Shown: positions 53,142 through 64,000 of the stretch, piece after piece
How positions within the stretch are numbered: the first letter of the stretch is position 1
How the letters are laid out: every line of letters begins with the position of its first letter
Assembly (NCBI RefSeq): GCF_006345805.1
Contig: NC_043006.1
Location: 88,846,001 to 88,910,000 of the forward strand
Direction: 5' to 3'
Source of the DNA: Octopus sinensis
Taxonomy: Eukaryota
DNA length: 64,000 nucleotides
The notes under the pieces: model-generated
The model's database searches: none
What the model was told of the DNA's origin: nothing
Seen by the model: only the letters and a program-made list of their open reading frames with translations
Program-made: the position numbers and the translations under genes

Positions 53142-53556
53142 TAAGTATAGTAAAGAATGGAGCTGAACGAAGATTTAACCAAATTCCTTTATTTTATTTT
53201 CGACATATGTTTCGAAGTCTGCAAAGTCCCTAATTCCGATTGAATAGGGAGTCCATTTTGTAGCTTTCTCTTCAGGAAAATCCTGAAATGGAGTCCTTAT
53301 TCAATCGGAATTAGTGACTTTGCAGACTTCGAAACATATGTCGAAAATAAAATAAAGGAATTTGGTTAAATCTTCGTTCAGCTCCATTCTTTACTATACT
53401 TAATATATAAAACTTCAAATTTCCACACTAAGGCACGGATTTTTTGCCCCATGGTCATAACTTCAACCGTGCTCTTTCTGTTGTGATTTTTGCTACCCAA
53501 GTATCGGTTATCATTTGAATTATCCGTAATAAGATAATTCATTTATCTACTTCAAT
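53139..53556. mobile_element. Solo fold-back pLTR of a sister Naiad subfamily
   Basis: Palindrome 53139-53405; 53460-53556 aligns with 49480-49579 and ends at the equivalent base; TA flanks. Confidence 0.8.
53197..53280 (-). ncRNA. Type I hammerhead ribozyme with extended stem II
   Basis: TTTTC-CTGAAGA-GAAAGCTACAAA..TCCCTATT(CAATCGG)AATTAGGGA..TTTGCAGACTTC-GAAAC-ATAT-GTC/GAAAA; mirror copy at 53281-53347 lacks 14 nt. Confidence 0.8.
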
Positions 53557-54354
53557 ATATATATAAGCATACCTCAGCTTAAGTCGTTTCGATTTAAGTT
53601 GTTCTCGATTATACGATGGTTTTCAAAACTTATATATGGAAAAATATAAATCAAGTTAAGTCATTTTACTCGACTCTACGTCTGTCCGCCACAAATATTG
53701 AAATTGTAAAATCACTAGAAAACCGTTAAAAGTACATTTACAATAAATAAATAAATAAATAAATAATAAATAAATAAATAAATAAATAAATAATAAAAGC
53801 ATGTAAAATAATATTAAAATGTGTACAGTAAATCTTAAGATACACACCATAAAGTAGTGTAGCTTAGTGAATGCACCAAAGAACAAGAACAGCCAGAGTC
53901 AACTGTTGATTTTGACGATTCACAGGCATCTACATCCGCGATGTAAACCACTAAATTGTATGTACGCATTGGTAAATTTTAAGTAATTTAGTTTTTTTTT
54001 ATTATTGCAATCTGATAAGTACTGAATTTATTATTTAAGCTTTAAAAAGGCTTTTATTTTACCATGTCTTATTGCAAACTGCATTCATAAATAAAGCTTC
54101 CACGATGTACGCTAAACACCGCCAGATTGTATTAATAAATTTAGATTACTTTTTTTTTACTGTACTGTATTAAAAAATAAAAATTATTTGTTTTTAAGCT
54201 TAAAATAAGTTTTTATTAACCATGTATTACTGAAAATGCATTCATAAATAAAGTACAAAACTGGGGATGGTTATTATCAGTTTAGCCAAGAGACAAGTTA
54301 ATTCGACTTAAGTCGTGTCTCCTGGAATTAATTAACGACGTAGGGTGAAGTATG

Positions 54355-54391
<37 letters not shown>

Positions 54392-54392
<1 letters not shown>

Positions 54393-54582
54393 ATTGGCGA
54401 TTTTTTTCTTCTGTCTTCTCTTCTCTGGATCTTTCCTTCTCCTATGTTTCCGACGAAGAGCTCCGCTCGAAACGTTAAACCCTCCTTCTTTCCTTCTTTC
54501 CTGAGCGTCCAATAATACTATAATTGTTCCACGTCCTCGCGTTGTTGTGTTTTTTTTGTGCTTTCTTGTTTGGATTAACTTT
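54392..54582 (+). mobile_element. Family F1 pLTR-like element
   Basis: Aligns with 3405-3612. Confidence 0.75.
54447..54479 (+). ncRNA. Minimal hammerhead-like motif, CCGACGA (U4C) core
   Basis: TTT-CCGACGA-A-GAGC(TCC)GCTC-GAAAC-GTT/AAA. Confidence 0.65.
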
Positions 54583-54617
54583 ATACATATATATATATAT
54601 ATATATATAGAAGTCGT

Positions 54618-54653
54618 CTTTGAGGTTTCGAGCCTACGCTCTTCTTCAGAAAG
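54618..54653 (-). ncRNA. Minimal hammerhead (family F2), canonical CUGAAGA, stem III G>C lesion
   Basis: CTTT-CTGAAGA-A-GAGC(GTAG)GCTC-GAAAC-CTC/AAAG. Confidence 0.65.
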
Positions 54654-55886
54654 GAATGAGAAGAGAAAACAGCTGGCGGGAGGAAAACAAAGTGGAGAGA
54701 AAAAGCCGAGAGAAAAAAAATGGAGAGTAAAAATACACACACACACACACACACTCACGCACACACACACACCAGATATTGCTTTGTAATTATATACGTG
54801 TTATTCTCATATTTTGCGGAGACCAGTTTCTTTAAAAAAATATAAATGTTGTATATTTTTTCTGTCGTAAAATTCAGAAATGTTAAGTTGTTGTTTGGTC
54901 TCGGTTTTTCAAGGTCTAACGGATTATAGTCAATTATTGTATCCACGATCATCTTGTCTTTATTTAAAACACAATGTATAAATAACTTACATTATCCAAT
55001 ATATCAAACGGTGGGTGTATTTGAGGAGGATTGGACTGCTACTTCTAACAGGTCGCCTGATAAGGTCCAAAGAATGTAAATAACCACAAAGATCCATAAT
55101 CAAAGTCATGATTATTCTGTTCTTTCTTGTATGTACCCGCTTTATAATATACTTCTCGTGTTTGAAGATGGTATGATGTGAGTTGAGAGAATTTTCCTAG
55201 TTAGAATATAATGTTAACAAATGTGAAGTGGATTCTTATGTTTGGCATAATTCTTTTGAGTTGATATTTCTTTTCAACCATTATTTAGCTCGGGAATAAG
55301 AATGAGATCATATTTCAACTTAGCTCAGTTGAGGTAAGTAAAGATATGCGGCTTATTTGAAGTTGAAACTCAATTCAAAGTCCATAGAGTTTTATGATTC
55401 AATCTTATAGAAATATGAAGTTTCTGCATTGACTATGTTTGCTTTTGTTATTCGTTTTCAACGTCAAATGCAATCACCCATCAAACAGAAAAAAATGTAC
55501 GCGGGTAATAACCTCAAAATATTTGTCAGATCTACAATAGTATATAGAGTGTTATCGTTTTTATAACGATTGTGTGCTTTTCAAAGTAGGGATACCGGTC
55601 CCCTATAGGAGGCGGAAATTTTTATATGGACTCTGAGAAAAAAAAGTGGGTGGTAATTGACTGTGGGGGATGATAGATACATCTGTACAGTGTTTTTGCC
55701 TTTTTTGTCTTTGTCTCCTTTTTCTAAATATTAAAAATTTAAATATTAAAAAAAATGCAAAAGTAACATTACAGTAAACAACCACAACGGCAAAAACATC
55801 AACAAAAATAACAGTCTTCGAAATGTGAATATGTAAATAAATAAAAAAGAATATATACCACCTGTGCGTCTAAATTATCTAACGAT

Positions 55887-56660
55887 ATGTATATAAGAAA
55901 GGATGTGTGTGTGTCTGTCTGTGTGTGTAAATCGTATGCATTTCTACAGTTTTCAACCGATTTTGACCAAATGTTACATACACATTACTTATGTGCCAAG
56001 GATGGTCATGCACTATAACATTTTGCCCGGAGCTCCCGCGTAAAGTGAGAAACAGAGAAGAAAGGTATTTCTCATGGGTTTTTTTCTAACAATTGCAATT
56101 TTCAACCGAATCTCTCCCTTTAACTTCTGCAGTTTCTATCTGATTCTCTCCCCTCTCTCTCTCTCTCTCTCCTTCTCTCTCTCTCTCTCTCTTCCTCTCT
56201 CTCTCTCTCTCAAACTGACACACAATAACTTCTGTCAACAAATTGGCTTCCGTGTATTTCAAATAGTCTTGCGTTAAAATCTGTCGCTACGGTTTTTCTA
56301 CATTCTGACTGAAAAAGAAGTTTTAGTTCGACCACTAAAAGACATCAGGGGTTGTCAAGATCCCATGGAGGTGTCACTCTTTAATTGTCTGACGATTTCA
56401 GGCAGACTTTTCCAGTGATTCCCAAATGAACCACGGCAGATGAAGTCCGAACGTGTCTTGAGTCCTCTCCATTATGGCACCTGGTCACAACATTGCGTCT
56501 TAAAACTAACATGAGAACTCAAAGGTACAGTGACCAACTGTCGGCAAAATTTGCTGAAGACATCTTGACCCTTGACGAACGCAAAATGCCTCTGGATACA
56601 CAATGATAAATTTTACTCAGAAAAAGTAAACCGAAGAAGCTGGTCAAATAATTTTCTAGC
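55887..56660 (+). mobile_element. Helitron fragment (5' end-like sequence + PIF1 helicase remnant)
   Basis: DFRQTFPVIPK*TTADEVRTCLESSPLW..V..L.LKTNMR matches the Helitron helicase GDFRQ..LPV motif. Confidence 0.75.
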
Positions 56661-56894
56661 GAAATAAAAGACGAAAGAAATGACACTAAACAAAAACAGT
56701 GTCTTTTCAGAATTTGTTCTTGAAGCACATGAATAACATTTTCTATTAAAGGCACAAGACCCGAAACTTTGGAGAGAGGACTAGTCGATTACATTGACCG
56801 CAGTACTCAACTGGTACTTAATTTATCGATCATGATATTATGAAAAGCAAATTGGATCTCGCTTTGCAAATATTGGGTTGAAACCCCCTTTTGG

Positions 56895-57370
56895 TTAGAT
56901 AAACTCGAAGGCCGCCTGTGGGACTCGAACCCACATTTCCTGTAGACATGACAGACTTTCTACCATAGTACAAAGACAATCCTTTGAGTTTCAGAATCCA
57001 TTTTAGAAAATGTTCTTTTTGCCAGTGGAAATTATATGTTGTTGACGTCATAAGAATTTATAAACCTTTGGAATTGGTTCTCGAAGCACATAAATGCTAT
57101 AAATAATTGCATGTAAACACTTTTGGAGAGATGAACTCGAAGGCTCCTCGTGAGACTCGAATCCTCATCTCCTGTAGACATAAGTGGCATTCTACCTTTG
57201 TACTAAAGCAATCCTTCGAATTCCTCTGTCCATTTTAGAAATTTTATTCTTATGAACGAGAACTGTATGTTATTGACGTCACAAAAATTTATAAGTTTCT
57301 CAAAGAGTCTGAAATAACTTTTTTTTTCATAAATTGGTTGTCGAAGCACATAAATGTTATAAATAATAGA
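56895..57370 (-). repeat. Two tandem ~235-bp units, each with a decayed tRNA-like sequence (56910-56977; ~57140-57210)
   Basis: GTGGG-TTCGAGT-CCCAC T-arm, GGTAG D-loop motif, CTGT/ACAG anticodon stem; acceptor stem degenerate. Confidence 0.6.
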
Positions 57371-57450
57371 TATAGGTACGAGTATTTTTGATAACTGCAT
57401 TGGAGAACTGGCAAGTGGCTATAATAAACGCAACACAAGGGTATTTACAG

Positions 57451-57710
57451 CCATAGAGCCTTTGTCTCCTGATTCAGTAACATTCTTAGAAGTTTCAAAT
57501 TTATCGCCTATTTGTGAACTTGTAACTAGAAACTACTTGGACAGCTCATTTTACGACGAATACGCGTTACCAAACGTTACATTTTCGAAAACATCGCATT
57601 TAAAAGGCAGTGAGATATCCGTTCTTCACTATATCTCTTTAAGGCTACCTTTACAGATATCTACAGACTGTGTGCTGTATCCCTCACGTTCACTGCAAGC
57701 AATGTGTCTT
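57451..57710 (+). CDS. Candidate 260-nt coding exon (phase 1-0) of unidentified host gene
   Basis: Acceptor gtatttacag, strong donor CTT|gtaagt; 86 open codons of complex sequence (IEPLSPDSVTFLEVSNLSPICELVTRNYLDSSFYDEYALP...QAMCL). Confidence 0.6.
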
Positions 57711-58049
57711 GTAAGTCATCTTTCTCAACTCTGACTCATATGCTTACACCCTATTGGCATTCTATGATGCATCGACAAAAGTGCAATCATGGATATCTAC
57801 AAAAGAAAACTAAACATTAAAACGTTTTTGAACGTTTCTGTTCTAAGTCAAGAAGATTACAAATAGCTTAATGCATTTCTTGCAAATGTAATATTTGTGA
57901 TAGCTAATACCATTTAAATTAGTCTTCAATAATTTTATAAGTTTCGTAGGCCAAACCTAAAGGTCCGCTCATACATTGATTAAAATAACAATGTTATTAC
58001 AAACGTTAAATGTGATAAAATAATAAACCCTTTTATTTGTTTTAAGCGT

Positions 58050-58261
58050 TGGACTGAGGCCATGCTGGGGCACTGCATCCTTGAAGAAATCGACTCTAGT
58101 ACTTTTTTGTTGTGTTCATGTCTGGTACACATTCTATCGGAGCTTTTAGTCGAACTGCTAAGTTACGAGGACGTAAGCAAACCAGCATCGGTTATCAGGC
58201 GGTGGCAGGAGACAAACACAAACATAGACACACACACAGATAGACAGACAGACAGGCAGGC

Positions 58262-58301
<40 letters not shown>

Positions 58302-58348
58302 GACAGACAGACAGACAGACAGACAGGCAGGCAGACAGACAGACAGGC

Positions 58349-58425
<77 letters not shown>

Positions 58426-58790
58426 CAGTGGTGAGCAAAATATAAGTGGAATGTTCTTTTCATTTCTTTTTTTTTACTTAAGCGATTCATAGGACGACTA
58501 AGAGATCTGCGAGAGGTACTAGTTCCTTGGAAGCCCGTTTTTTTTCTGGGGTCTTTGAATGAATGCTAGAGCCACAAGCAACTGTATACCTACTTTTATC
58601 CACCCTTGTATATACGACGGACTATTTTTAATTTCCATCTACCAAATGTACACACAAGGCTTTGGTCGATCCAGGGCTATAGTAGCAGACACTTTCTTGA
58701 GGTGCCACGCAGTGGGACTGAACCCAGAACCATGTGATTGTAAATCAAGCTTCTTACTGCATAGCCAGGCCTGCGCCTATGTAAATAAAA
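58050..58790 (-). mobile_element. SINE family A-like copy expanded by (GACA)n/(GATA)n
   Basis: Head at 58600-58790, tail at 58050-58230. Confidence 0.75.
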
Positions 58791-59294
58791 AAATGTAAAT
58801 ATAAAATTAATATAGGTGCAAGTTACCGTAACTTCTACATTTTATACTTATTTTCGACGATTTCTTCGGATTTTGTGTAAACGATGGTAAGATTATGATT
58901 CTGTAAAGAAAAAACTTTCCACTCTTTCTCTGTTTAAACGTAAAGTTAAACCCAAAACCTAACTCTTAACCTTGAACCTATGGCCTAACCCTAAATCCTA
59001 ACATTAAAACCTCATTCCATAACCCCCTAACTATCAACAAGTTACAGCTCGTTGCAAACTTCGAAACAGATAAGCGTGGCCGAGGAGTTGGGGGTGCAAA
59101 AGATGAACACTTTTATGTGTGATCGTCTTCGGTGTTTAAAACATAATTCTAAGAGAATTTTTGTAAGAAATGAGAAATTCAAAAAGGAAAAAGTTACGGC
59201 CTGTTGCATACCCTGTAACAAAGACAGAAAGTGAAGGATGGAGGCAATATAAACGTAGAAAAAATTCTGACTGATTTGTAATTGATTTTTAAAG

Positions 59295-59330
59295 CATAAA
59301 CTTGAAGAGATTGCCGAAAAAGTTTACAGG
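59295..59330 (+). CDS. Candidate 36-nt exon (phase 0-0), HKLEEIAEKVYR
   Basis: Acceptor ttgatttttaaag, donor AGG|gtatgc; phase-compatible with the 57710 donor. Confidence 0.3.
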
Positions 59331-59759
59331 GTATGCTTATTGCGAAACTGCGCCTTAGAATTATTTCGAGTTAGAGAGTCCACTCAAAATTTTGTGGAGC
59401 TTCCGAGCACCAAAGTCTGACAACGGGTTTGAGTCGGAGGATAGTCAGATACCGTTGATTCTGCCTGTTTTAAAGCACAAAGATGGGCCTTATGATGTGT
59501 GTGTGTGTGTGTGTGTGTGTGTTTAAGTGGGCTCATGTTTGTGCAAATGTGTGAGTATAAAATAGTGACTATATGTAACCACTATAAGAACACAACATAA
59601 CGTTGTACATCAAATTGATTGAAAGTCATACTGATCGAGGATCGACTGATCGAAACTTAGTTTGTGTATAAATAATTTTTTTAAATAATTATACATTGCA
59701 AAGAAGAAATTAAATTATATGATAAAATATAATACTGATTTCAAATTTTGGATCAAGGT

Positions 59760-60090
59760 CAGAAATTTTAGGGGAGTGTGTAGGTCGATTACATCGACCC
59801 CACCATTCAACTGGTACTTATTTTATCGACCTCGAAAGAATGAAGGACAAAGTCAACCTCGGCGCAATTTAAACTGAGAATGTAAAAACAGACTAAGTGC
59901 CGCTAAGCAGTTCGATCGGCGTGCAAAAGATTCTGCCAGCACGCCGCCTTATGATAAATTATAATATTAGCTTCAAATTTTGGCACAATGCCAGCAATGT
60001 TGGGGAAAGTGTAAGTCGGCCCCAGTTCTCAACTTATTTTATCGACCTCGAAAAGGATGAAAGGCAATGTCGACCTCGGCGCAATTTGAA
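59760..60090 (-). mobile_element. Two SINE family B copies
   Basis: ttttatcgacctcgaaa(a)g(a/g)atgaa..aaagtc(a/g)acctcggcgcaattt(a/g)aact twice. Confidence 0.75.
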
Positions 60091-61239
60091 CTCAGTGATA
60101 AATTATATTAACATTTTTTCTCATTTCGTTATCTACATAACGCTTACTAAAATATTCAAAATGAACGTTATAATATTCTCAGCATACGCTAAGTACACAA
60201 CAAAAGTGAAAGTGAAGCATTTCCGTTGATCAGTGAATGTATAATGATGTAGGTTCCACCTTTACTTATCGGTGTTAGTGAGGAATGATTAAGACTGCAT
60301 CTAATTCAAACAGATACCAAAGTATCATCATTAATCGCCATCAACATTATCATTATCATTATCAAATTTATCCCCATCGACATCAACGTTATCATCATCA
60401 TCATCATCATCATGAAGAGCAACAACAGCAGCGCCAGTATTATTATCACCGTCTTCCTTTTTCATCTTTATGCAGCTTCGTTTCATTTGCATTACATATG
60501 AGGACATCATCTGCACTTCTCTTTAAATTGGTTGCATTTTATAGTAGGGTTTATGCATGAACAGGTGATGGGCAGTAACGAAACATGTGATAAATCACAG
60601 GGAGTCGGCAGGGGTGTCAGGTATTAAAGTTTATCGTAACAACTTCAAAGTAAACGATATGACTGAAATGCACTCAACAAATTTGGCAATTTTATTCCAA
60701 TGCAGTAAATATCTGATTATGCATTAAAAGATACTTAAATTCTAACCGTTTCAAATGTAATTCTTATACATTAAGAAAAATTTGTTTTCTTCTGTTGTGG
60801 TTTTCAATGAAATATCCACAAATACGTTTTTTGCTTTTGTTTTTGTTTTGCTTTTGTTTAGTTGTACAGCAAAAGGTGGGTAGTTCTAGAATCTAGATAT
60901 AAAAACAGGTTTGTAAGTAGCGAATAAAGCAAAATATTGATTATTTACATTAACGTTGACACAACAGCAGAGAGGGAAGGAATAGAATCGATTAAACAAA
61001 CCTCAAGTATAGATCTGCTACTTATTTTATTGACCCTGAAGAGATGAAAGCCAGTGTTAAACCCCAGAGGTTTCTGATCTCAAATCCTGCAGGGAAAAAA
61101 ACAACAAATTCTTTTTCTGATTTACTTCACAATTTAACTATTTCTCCCATATTAATGCTTTACAAATTCATGTATTGGTTAAGGAGTATTTACTGTGTCT
61201 AGGGTTTTGGGTTTTTTGTGGGACCTTTTTACTTGCTGG

Positions 61240-61680
61240 CATGGCTGCCTGGTAAGAAGTTTGCCTCGCAACCACATGGTTTTGGGTTCAGTCCCACAGT
61301 GTGACACCTTGAGAGAATGTCTTCTAGAATAGCCCGGAACGACCAAAACCTTGTAAGAGGAATTGGTAGACGGAAGCTGAAAGAAGCCCGTCGAGTGTAT
61401 ATGTGTGTATGTGTATGTTTGTGTATGAGTGTGTCTGTGTCTGTGTATATATATGTGTGTGTGCGTATGCGTGCGCCTTTGTGTTTGTGTCTATGGTCTC
61501 ACTGCTTGGCAACCGATGCTACTTTGTTTATGTCTGCGAAAGTTAGTGGCTGGCCAACACAGACCGTTAGAATAAGTACCAAACATTTTAAAATAAATAC
61601 AGGAGTCGATTTGTTCACTGAAAAACATTTCACGGCTGTACTCCAGAATGGCTGCGATTCACTGACTGAAAAAAGTAAAC
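61240..61680 (+). mobile_element. Diverged SINE family A
   Basis: GGTAAGAAGTTTGCCTCGCAACCACATGGTTTTGGGTTCAGTCCC..GAAAGAAGCCCGTCG.. Confidence 0.75.
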
Positions 61681-62314
61681 AATATAAAATAAAAGGTGAA
61701 TTGGTTCACTCGAAACAATGAAAAGGTTTCAGTACCGTTAACTATTATAAAGATTTTATTCTGGGAAGCTGAGATAACTAAATGATATACGTGTGTGAAA
61801 TATGATCCAAAATGATAGTCTCTGTGTGGTTGCTTGATCTGTTAGAAACTTCAGCCAAAACCTCCTTTATGTAGTGTCAAAGAAACGAAAGTATATGGCT
61901 AAAAAAGCGCAGATATATAAAGAGAAGAAAGAAATAACAAGGAATTGTACACTTAATATTAAGTGAGAAAAACGAACAAGTATACAATGAAGCTAAATAC
62001 GTCAAAGGAGAAAGCGAAAGAGAATCTGATGTTTCGGGCATTACCCTTTGTCCACGAAAAGAAAAAGATTTAAGAGACAGGAGAAAAATATATATACTAT
62101 ACCGAATATATAACGTGTGTTTATATGGCCACTCTGAACGCCGCTAATACTCGGATAGATCGTATCTACCATTATATACATCTACACATACACACACATA
62201 CACGTTTTGTCCATGAGCATGGCACTTCACTTTAAGTTGCTCCCGTCAGTTTTTAATGAGTACTAGCCGAGTTCTGATGCATCTCACTCTTTCTTTCTTC
62301 CTTTCTCTCTCTTA

Positions 62315-62385
<71 letters not shown>

Positions 62386-62637
62386 GCAGTTATATCATTG
62401 ATATTCCGTTGGGTCAAAGGAGCGAGACATGAGGGTATCTACGTCAGCTCGAGACTACATGAGCACTTAAACCGGTTAAAGAGTAATACATACTATCAAG
62501 CCATACCCGATTGCGAATGATGGCTGTAGTTTCTAAATTTGACATTAAGAAGGAGTAATCCACTATGAATATTATTGTTCCCTCAGTCATCTGGACATCC
62601 AGAAATAGTAGAAACAGTACACAATTTCACTTTGTAG

Positions 62638-62814
62638 ATTCTGAATTCAAAACTTTTAGAGATCATATCGGTGGCGGAACCAGCGGTGGTGGTGGTGGTG
62701 GTGGTGGCGGCGGAAGTGGCGGCGGTGGCGGAGGCGGTGGCGGAGGCGGTGGCGGAGGCGGTGGCGGCGGTGGAACTGCATCGTTCAACGATGGAGATTC
62801 AGTTGTTCGATCAA
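62638..62814 (+). CDS. Candidate 177-nt symmetric (phase 1-1) exon encoding a poly-glycine tract
   Basis: Acceptor aatttcactttgtag, donor CAA|gtgagc; SEFKTFRDHIGGGTS(G)n..TASFNDGDSVVRS; mixed GGT/GGC/GGA codons. Confidence 0.55.
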
Positions 62815-63546
62815 GTGAGCTTCCTGCTCCCAAATTAACGTGTGGCTACTTATTCCACAGACATGTATATCCTTGACTTAATTCTCAGACAAAATATAAC
62901 ATGGTATACGACGAGGCTATACGTTTTGAATGGCTAATAGAATGTTACCGACATATTTCTATACAGCTTTCGTATACTCAATTTCAGTTACAAGACATAG
63001 CGATGATTTGATGCTATAGAAAATAACGATATTTACCGGAAATGCAGCACAGAAGGATAGAAATCCGGACTTTGTAGTTGAGAGGTGAACTTCTTAACCA
63101 TTAGGTCACTGCGTCTACAAAGGTTTCTAACTTTCGTACAAAGCCATATATTAGGGTCGAATGAAAATTTAAATGTTTCATCTACATAGGCGCAAGTGTG
63201 GCCGTGTGATAACCACAGGGTTCCGGGCTCAGTCCTACGGCGTGGCAATTTGGGTGTCTTCTACTTTACCCTCGAGTCGACCAAAGCCTTCTGATTTCAT
63301 TTGGCAGACGGAAACTGAAAAGAAGCCCGTCGTACATATTTTATCCTACATTAGTTGTAAATTTAATAGTGTTCACTTCCGGATTCTCTCACTCTGTGAA
63401 AGTTTCTAGTTTGAATCACAAGTGTCTCGAGATGTGCCGAAGATTTTTTATTTTGGATATATTTGGGATACTTAGATCTGCTCAGGACTTAGTGCTTGCT
63501 TTTTTTCATGGGTATGAGTAAGTATTTCATTTATGTCTTACGTATT

Positions 63547-63823
63547 TATCGCTGACGAGGGGAAAATTCTTATGAATTAACCCCGAAATTGGGACCAAAA
63601 CGGTAATAACGGATTTTTTAGAAATTTCTATCGGCTTGTTTCGAGACATAAATTAAAATGGTTATTGACAATTTTGTCTTTTTTTCGGCATATTTGGCAT
63701 TAGAATTTTTCTTTTGCCCTTATTTTGTAAGTTATTTATAAATTTAACCTTTAAATGTATTTTTTTGATATGCTGGCCATTGATAAAATTTATTTTTTCG
63801 AAAATAATTTTATCCTACATTAG
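63547..63823 (+). mobile_element. Family F4 pLTR-like element with degenerate HHR (CTGACGA at 63552; GAGAC at 63643)
   Basis: Aligns with the 44062-44338 reverse complement and ends at the same cctacattag|(TA)n point. Confidence 0.7.
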
Positions 63824-63839
63824 TTATATATATATATAA

Positions 63840-63963
63840 ACGACGGACTTCTTTCTGTTTCCCTCTACCAAATCCACTCACAAGGCTTTGGTCGGCCCGA
63901 GAAGACACTTGCCCAAGGTGCCACGCAGTGGGAGTTAACCCAGAACCATGTTGTTGGTAAGCA
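63840..63963 (-). mobile_element. SINE family A 5' half
   Basis: ccactcacaaggctttggtcggcccga..cttgcccaaggtgccacgcagtggga. Confidence 0.85.
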
Positions 63964-64000
63964 ATGTGCGTTGCATGTTTGGGTGACAATTTATTGAATA

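Overview
AT-rich, microsatellite-saturated animal genomic DNA. The SINE families and repeat landscape suggest an octopus (inference, not a database hit). Most ORF-track entries are (TA)n/(CA)n/(TATG)n artefacts. The window appears to be mostly intronic/intergenic, with a few + strand exon candidates (57451-57710, 59295-59330, 62638-62814, possibly 3051-3122). It is dominated by mobile elements: tRNA-derived SINEs, RTE, CR1 and R4-like (RLE) LINE fragments, Tc1, mariner, Tigger, hAT and Helitron relics, and many Penelope-like elements (PLEs). The centrepiece is a very young 7.5 kb Naiad-type PLE locus (45583-53070): an inverted truncated copy, a partial tandem copy and a near-intact RT + GIY-YIG ORF, with a hammerhead ribozyme (HHR) in each pseudo-LTR. 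About 20 HHR-like motifs from several families are scattered through the window. They include head-to-head palindromic pairs and a recurrent core variant CCGACGA (U4C), mostly in short non-coding units bounded by (TA)n. There is also a gag/ORF1-only 2.1 kb retroelement with a 15-bp TSD inside the tRNA-like head of a SINE. All structures and alignments were done by eye; frameshifted coordinates are approximate.
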